Source: Flavobacteriaceae bacterium
Lineage (GTDB): Bacteria > Bacteroidota > Bacteroidia > Flavobacteriales > Flavobacteriaceae
Direction of reading: 5' to 3'
Length of the DNA: 32,000 bases
Assembly (NCBI GenBank): GCA_965224465.1
Contig: OZ245049.1
Location: forward strand, 1,890,001 to 1,922,000
Shown one piece after another: positions 27,008 through 32,000 of this stretch; within the stretch, counting starts at the first letter, position 1, and each line of letters begins with the position of its first letter. The notes under the pieces are model-generated. The model saw only the letters and a program-made list of their open reading frames with translations. It did not search any database and was not told the origin of the DNA. A program made the translations under genes and the position numbers.

Positions 27008-27774
27008 TTCTTTTTTGCTATAATTATCATGGGATTGTAGGTCAAATTAACCGAACAATCGTCGTTTGAAAAACACCCTTGATATTTTTTTATAAATGCT
27101 TGTATTTTTTCTTTTCCAAAAAACGATTTACTTACACCTGTAACCCCTGTAAGTTTCATATGCCTCAATACTTCTATTGGATTGGAAAACCGTGTTGTCA
27201 ATTCCCATTCTTTAGCAACTAAAACTTCGAAATTTGGCCCTAACATTTTTTTTATTTCAGAAAGCGATGTATAGTTTAAACCAACGTTTGAAACCGCTTT
27301 TATTTCTTTAAAATTAGCTGTTCCGAAAGTACTAAAGGCAAAAAAACCATCGCTATTTAAACTCGCATGCACCTTTAAGAAAAACGCATCAAGTTGATTG
27401 AACCATTGGATGGTAGACGAAGATACAACACCATCTAAACCTTCAGGGAAATTGATCACTTCTGCATCTCCTGGTATTTTTATAAAACTATTCGTTTTTT
27501 TTGCATTCAAAAACGCCCTGTTTTCTTTATAGGCAACATCTGCTAAATCATTTAAAAAATAATTAGAAACTTTTATTTTTGATATTATTTGATGCGTTAA
27601 AAAACCAGTACCACAGCCCACTTCTAAAACATTCCCTATAGATGTAATCCCTAATTCCACTAAAAGATCCGCAAGCTCTATAGCTATTTCTTGCTGAACG
27701 ATTGCCTTTTGATGATAGGTTTCAAAATTTTTATTAAAACACTTCCTTACCAATTGTTTGTCCGTATAATTCAT
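27004..27774 (-). CDS. bioC: Malonyl-ACP O-methyltransferase
   Basis: SAM-binding motif VLEVGCGTGFLT. The start was moved to ATG 27774 (MNYTDKQLV), 1 nt after the bioG stop. The longer ORF-track start would overlap bioG by 68 nt. Confidence 0.7.
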   Translation of the reverse strand: MNYTDKQLVRKCFNKNFETYHQKAIVQQEIAIELADLLVELGITSIGNVLEVGCGTGFLTHQIISKIKVSNYFLNDLADVAYKENRAFLNAKKTNSFIKIPGDAEVINFPEGLDGVVSSSTIQWFNQLDAFFLKVHASLNSDGFFAFSTFGTANFKEIKAVSNVGLNYTSLSEIKKMLGPNFEVLVAKEWELTTRFSNPIEVLRHMKLTGVTGVSKSFFGKEKIQAFIKKYQGCFSNDDCSVNLTYNPMIIIAKKK

Positions 27775-27775
27775 A

Positions 27776-28417
27776 TTACAAACGTATAATTTGTTTCCAA
27801 TTTTTAAAATAACTAAAAGGATAATGAGGAACTGAAACATCAATTATCTTTGTTTTTCCCTTCCAAAACAGCCATTGATTGCTCGGTATAAAAATTAAAT
27901 CTGACTGCCCAATTAGCACACTATCAAAATAAAAATTTGATTGTTTTCTTCTCGAAACTTCTCTCAAAATACTTTTCAATTCTAACTGCTGGTCCGCTAG
28001 CCTTCTAAGGGACAACTCCTGACCCGTTTTACCTCCCAACACACGCCTATTAAATCGCATTCTGTTAGAAATATTCCAGTTCAATTGTGTATTTTTAAAA
28101 ATACTTGGTGCAATCCCAAAACGCACATCTACGGGTTGCAGTGTCCCATTCAAAGCAATAGCCTTCTCTATGTTAATTGTTGTCTTTGAAAGCACCTCAC
28201 CTGCAGCCCACACACCTAAAGACCAAGCCACAACTATTACTTTTTGATAGGCACTAAAATCCTCCTCCAAAGAATCTAATGTTGTATAATCGTAACACAT
28301 ACATATATCAAGTCCTGACATGTCTATGTGAGATACTGCCATTTCATCCATTCCCCAACCATTAAAAAACAATACGCACTGTTTGTATTGTTTCCTATTT
28401 AGCCATTTCGTTTTCAT
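27776..28417 (-). CDS. bioG: DUF452-type pimeloyl-ACP methyl ester esterase
   Basis: 213 aa with LFFNGWGMD and a nucleophile elbow, AWSLGV. It sits between bioF and bioC, as expected in Bacteroidota bio clusters. Confidence 0.6.
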   Translation of the reverse strand: MKTKWLNRKQYKQCVLFFNGWGMDEMAVSHIDMSGLDICMCYDYTTLDSLEEDFSAYQKVIVVAWSLGVWAAGEVLSKTTINIEKAIALNGTLQPVDVRFGIAPSIFKNTQLNWNISNRMRFNRRVLGGKTGQELSLRRLADQQLELKSILREVSRRKQSNFYFDSVLIGQSDLIFIPSNQWLFWKGKTKIIDVSVPHYPFSYFKNWKQIIRL

Positions 28418-29528
28418 AATTTTCTATTATTTTGAGTATCGGTTTTAGTTCTTCTAGGCAGTGATTGGCAGTGAGCGAAAAACGCAATCTCGCTGTGTTT
28501 TTTGGCACTGTAGGCGTCCGAATTGGAAGCACATTAAATCCTGATGATTTTAATTTTGTTGCAAGTTGGATAGCATGATGATTGCTCCCAACAACATAAG
28601 GAACAATTTGACTTTGAGATACAATCCCCATGAATTCAGAAAACTGAGAGCTTATTTTTTTTAAATTTTCACGCTGTACTTTAAAGTCTGAGATCCGTTC
28701 AAATACATAATGCGTCCATGCCACATTTACGGGAGGCAAAGCTGTTGAAAACATAAAAGAACGTGCCTGATTTATCAAAACTGTTTTAAAGAGTTCAGAA
28801 CAAATAACAAAGCCACCTACAGACGCTAATGCCTTTCCAAAAGCCCCTACAATAAAATCAACTTGATCTACAAGCCCTTGCGCAGCAACACAACCTAAAC
28901 CTGTTGCTCCTACTACCCCAATAGCATGTGCTTCATCTACATGTAAAAAAGAGCTGTATTTATTTTTTAAATACACTAATTTCTCCAAATCTGCAACATC
29001 ACCATCCATACTAAAAACACTCTCCGTAATAATAAAAACATGTTCATAATCCTTTCGATAGCGCATTAACAATTGTTCTAAATGCTCATAATCTAAATGT
29101 TTATACCTCATCAATTTTGCAGGGCTCAATAGCGCTCCATCAATACAGCTGGCATGTACAAACTTATCTGCAATTACCAAATCATTTTTAGATGCCAATG
29201 CAGATATCACTCCTATATTACACAGATAACCTGAATTAAAAAGCAAACAAGATTTCTCTCCATAACTCACTGCTATTAAACGCTCTAAATCTAGGTGTTG
29301 ACATGCGTTTTTTAATAACAACCGCGATGAACTTGCACTAAACCGATAGGTGTTTTTCATAAATTCCTCCAAGAATCCATGGTACAATACTTCGTCCGAA
29401 TTCAAGCCTAAATAATCATTACTAGTTAAATCTACAGGATACACCCTTTGATCCTCCGACAAAAACCTGAAATTATCCTTGGATTTTAGCTCCTCCATAT
29501 TCCGTATGTATCTATTCATCCTCAGCAT
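28395..29528 (-). CDS. bioF: 8-amino-7-oxononanoate synthase
   Basis: 377 aa PLP-dependent acyltransferase pattern ([14 protein letters not shown] lysine region) in bio-cluster context. Confidence 0.8.
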   Translation of the reverse strand: MLRMNRYIRNMEELKSKDNFRFLSEDQRVYPVDLTSNDYLGLNSDEVLYHGFLEEFMKNTYRFSASSSRLLLKNACQHLDLERLIAVSYGEKSCLLFNSGYLCNIGVISALASKNDLVIADKFVHASCIDGALLSPAKLMRYKHLDYEHLEQLLMRYRKDYEHVFIITESVFSMDGDVADLEKLVYLKNKYSSFLHVDEAHAIGVVGATGLGCVAAQGLVDQVDFIVGAFGKALASVGGFVICSELFKTVLINQARSFMFSTALPPVNVAWTHYVFERISDFKVQRENLKKISSQFSEFMGIVSQSQIVPYVVGSNHHAIQLATKLKSSGFNVLPIRTPTVPKNTARLRFSLTANHCLEELKPILKIIENYENEMAK

Positions 29529-30807
29529 ATACCTTTTGAATGCTTGTACAAATACCGATACACAACTGATTTAATTCCTCTTCCGAGATTACAAATGGAG
29601 GCATGGTATAAATCAATTTTCCAAAAGGACGCATCCATATTCCTTGTTTTATAAATTGGTCTTGTAAGATCTTCATATCTACATTTTCTTTCATTTCTAT
29701 CACGCCAATGGCGCCCAACACACGTACCTCTTTTACTGCTTTTAATAATCTTAATGGTCTTAAGTTTTTTACAAGTTGCTGTTCAATTCTAGCTATATTT
29801 AAGTGCCATTTTGTCCTTAATAAAAGATTGATACTATCCAATGCCACAGCACAAGCAAGAGGATTCCCCATAAACGTAGGTCCATGCATAAAAACACCCG
29901 GTGACGCACTTGAAATAATCGAGGCTACTTTTGACGTACAAAGTGTTGCTGCAAAAGACATATAACCACCCGTCAAGGCTTTCCCTATACACATAATATC
30001 TGGAGTTACAGCCGCGTGTTCACAGGCAAACATTTTTCCTGTACGACCAAAACCAGTGGCTATTTCATCTGCCACCAACAATACATTATACTGAACACAT
30101 AAATCTTTGACTCTTTTTAAATATTCGGGATGATAAAAACGCATGCCTCCTGCTCCTTGAACAATAGGTTCCAATATAAATGCCGCTAATTGCGCATGAT
30201 TTTCCTGAAAAAAAAAATGCACCTCTTCCATTTCTTGCGCATCAAACTCCTCGTAAAAACCAGCTTTAGGAGCCGATAAAAAATACTGAATAGTCAATTT
30301 ATTATTAAAGATATGATGCATCCCTGTATCGGGATCACACACAGACATGGCATGCCAAGTATCCCCATGATACCCGTTTTTTATAGTAACAAAAGTATTT
30401 TTCTGACCTTTATCTTGGGCATGCCAATACTGCAATGCCATTTTCATAGCTACCTCTACTGCTACAGATCCCGAATCACTATAAAACACATGCTCCAATC
30501 CCTTAGGAACAATACTCAAAAGTTTTTTTGTTAATTCTATCGCTGGTTTATGCGTCAATCCCCCAAACATAACGTGAGCCATTTGCTCCAATTGATTCGT
30601 AAGCGCCCTATTTAACACGGGATGATTATACCCATGAATAACAGACCACCAACTAGACATACCGTCTATCAGTCTAGTCCCATCCTCCAATTCTATAAAC
30701 ACCCCTGTTGCTTTTTTTACCAATAAGTTATCCATCGGTTTTGTCGCTGAAGCATAGGGATGCCAAATATGTTTTTTATCAAATGCGATCATTTTTTTTA
30801 TTTGCAT
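29512..30807 (-). CDS. bioA: Adenosylmethionine-8-amino-7-oxononanoate aminotransferase
   Basis: 431 aa class-III aminotransferase ([28 protein letters not shown]). Confidence 0.85.
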   Translation of the reverse strand: MQIKKMIAFDKKHIWHPYASATKPMDNLLVKKATGVFIELEDGTRLIDGMSSWWSVIHGYNHPVLNRALTNQLEQMAHVMFGGLTHKPAIELTKKLLSIVPKGLEHVFYSDSGSVAVEVAMKMALQYWHAQDKGQKNTFVTIKNGYHGDTWHAMSVCDPDTGMHHIFNNKLTIQYFLSAPKAGFYEEFDAQEMEEVHFFFQENHAQLAAFILEPIVQGAGGMRFYHPEYLKRVKDLCVQYNVLLVADEIATGFGRTGKMFACEHAAVTPDIMCIGKALTGGYMSFAATLCTSKVASIISSASPGVFMHGPTFMGNPLACAVALDSINLLLRTKWHLNIARIEQQLVKNLRPLRLLKAVKEVRVLGAIGVIEMKENVDMKILQDQFIKQGIWMRPFGKLIYTMPPFVISEEELNQLCIGICTSIQKVYAEDE

Positions 30808-30814
30808 GGCCTTT

Positions 30815-31774
30815 TTAATCTATTGAAAACCCAGCATTTGTAAAATCTATAATATCTTCCTCTATATTTGAACCAATTGTGGTAAGGTAATCACCTGTTA
30901 ATGCAGCACTAATCCCAGCGTGTAATGCCTTGTCTTGGAATTTTTTTATTTGCATACGTCCCCCAGCAAAACGCAAATTTGCTTTAGGATTTAAAAATCG
31001 GAACATTGCTATGGAGGTTAAAATTTCCTCTTCTGACAACATTTTAGTCCCTTCCAAGGGGGTTCCTTCTACAGCATTCAATAAATTTAGAGGAATAGAC
31101 TGCACATTTAACTCCTGTAACATCATAGCTAATTCTACACGATGCCCCATATTTTCTCCCATACCTATAATACCTCCAGAACAAATCTTGATACCTAAAC
31201 TTTGGGCTGTTTTTATAGTTTCAATTTTTTCATCAATGGTATGTGTTGTTACCAGTTCCTTAAAAAAAGAAGGTGCTGTTTCTAAATTACAATGGTAATG
31301 TTCAATCCCAACTTCGTCTTTTAACCTTGCCAACTGCTTTTTATTTATCAAGCCCATAGAGGCACATAAACTAATGTCCGTTTTCTTTTTTATTTCCTTA
31401 TAAATAGGAATCAACTTATCTAAAGTTCTATTATTAACTCTTCTACCACTTGTAACCAAAGAATGTCGCTTTACACCTTTTGCTGCATTTGCGACTACTT
31501 CTGCTACGGTATCCTTCATATCAACAATCTCATACTCGTCTACCTTAGTTTCGTAATGTCTGGATTGGCTACACCATTTACAATCCATAGCACAAGCACC
31601 CGACTTTGCATTTGTAATAGAACATAAATCCATGACGTTCCCGCAAAAATGTTCTCTAATTTCATCTGCCGCTTTATATAAAGCTTCTTTGTCTTTTACT
31701 TGAGTCAACAACAATCCGTCCTCATAGCTTAATAATTCGCCGTCTAACACTCTTCTTTTAAATAATTCTATCAT
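30815..31774 (-). CDS. bioB: Biotin synthase
   Basis: Radical-SAM [10 protein letters not shown] motif, 319 aa, first gene of the bio cluster. Confidence 0.9.
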   Translation of the reverse strand: MIELFKRRVLDGELLSYEDGLLLTQVKDKEALYKAADEIREHFCGNVMDLCSITNAKSGACAMDCKWCSQSRHYETKVDEYEIVDMKDTVAEVVANAAKGVKRHSLVTSGRRVNNRTLDKLIPIYKEIKKKTDISLCASMGLINKKQLARLKDEVGIEHYHCNLETAPSFFKELVTTHTIDEKIETIKTAQSLGIKICSGGIIGMGENMGHRVELAMMLQELNVQSIPLNLLNAVEGTPLEGTKMLSEEEILTSIAMFRFLNPKANLRFAGGRMQIKKFQDKALHAGISAALTGDYLTTIGSNIEEDIIDFTNAGFSID

Positions 31775-31783
31775 AATTTTAAT

Positions 31784-31823
31784 AAAAAAAAAGTCCGTAT
31801 TCTATAAAATATAGAATACGGAC
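31784..31823 (-). terminator. Rho-independent terminator of the upstream minus-strand gene
   Basis: Perfect 13-bp stem, GTCCGTATTCTAT/ATAGAATACGGAC, with a 5-nt loop. On the minus strand it is followed by T9. It lies 5 nt after the stop at 31829-31831. Confidence 0.8.
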
Positions 31824-31828
31824 TAGGT

Positions 31829-32000
31829 TTAGTTCATATATGTCATGGTCGAATAACCGAAATTATTTAACCTTAGTAATTGTAATAATATTGCTGTTTC
31901 CAGCATTTTATGTAAGGCAGCCTTTTCTCCGTAATCATCCTCGCTGATCCCTCCATTTTTCTCCAAATTAAACAAACGAATAGCCGATTGTTTTTTACTG
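31829..32000 (-). CDS. 3' end of an unidentified protein-coding gene (5' end outside the window)
   Basis: Hand translation is open from the window edge: ...SKKQSAIRLFNLEKNGGISEDDYGEKAALHKMLETAILLQLLRLNNFGYSTMTYMN, then a stop. A strong terminator follows. Confidence 0.4.
   Translation of the reverse strand, partial: SKKQSAIRLFNLEKNGGISEDDYGEKAALHKMLETAILLQLLRLNNFGYSTMTYMN

Noticed and set aside
27775-27843. The 23-codon N-terminal extension of bioC in the ORF track (MMFQFLIILLVILKIGNKLYVCN).
   Set aside because: It overlaps the 3' end of bioG and is a hydrophobic out-of-context sequence. The internal ATG at 27774 gives a canonical BioC N-terminus and tight coupling to the bioG stop.

Overview
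AT-rich Bacteroidota (Flavobacteriia-like) chromosomal segment, transcribed almost entirely on the minus strand. It has three blocks. (1) 1-5480 is an accessory type VI secretion (T6SS-iii style) island. It holds two tandem cassettes, each with a TssD/Hcp-family gene carrying a C-terminal extension followed by a translationally coupled putative effector. One effector is a GH19/COG3179 lysozyme-like protein that runs off the window. The other is a 412-aa orphan protein followed by a lipoprotein immunity candidate. (2) 5892-20844 is a polysaccharide utilisation locus: hybrid two-component regulator, SusC, frameshifted SusD, GH130 phosphorylase, MFS transporter, an unassigned 579-aa lipoprotein and a GH13 alpha-glucosidase. 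(3) 21156-31774 holds a hotdog thioesterase, a NucA-type nuclease, a glycyl-radical enzyme with its activase, and a complete bioB-A-F-G-C-D operon. The most interesting signal is in block 1. Both hcp genes are split after codon 24 by an identical 159-bp structured MITE-like element (TACCAAWTACA inverted termini, 3-bp TWA target duplication). Removing the element plus one duplication copy (162 nt) joins a 24-codon upstream segment in frame to the annotated ORF and restores a typical Hcp N-terminus. The element occurs four times in full plus one fragment in this window, always in the same orientation. The whole module (MITE, 0.4-kb ORF-free leader, hcp 5' segment, MITE, hcp core) is itself a ~1-kb direct repeat that precedes variable toxin modules. 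I cannot tell from sequence whether this is dead hcp, a phase-variable switch or RNA-level removal. No transposase, CRISPR array, tRNA or rRNA was seen.
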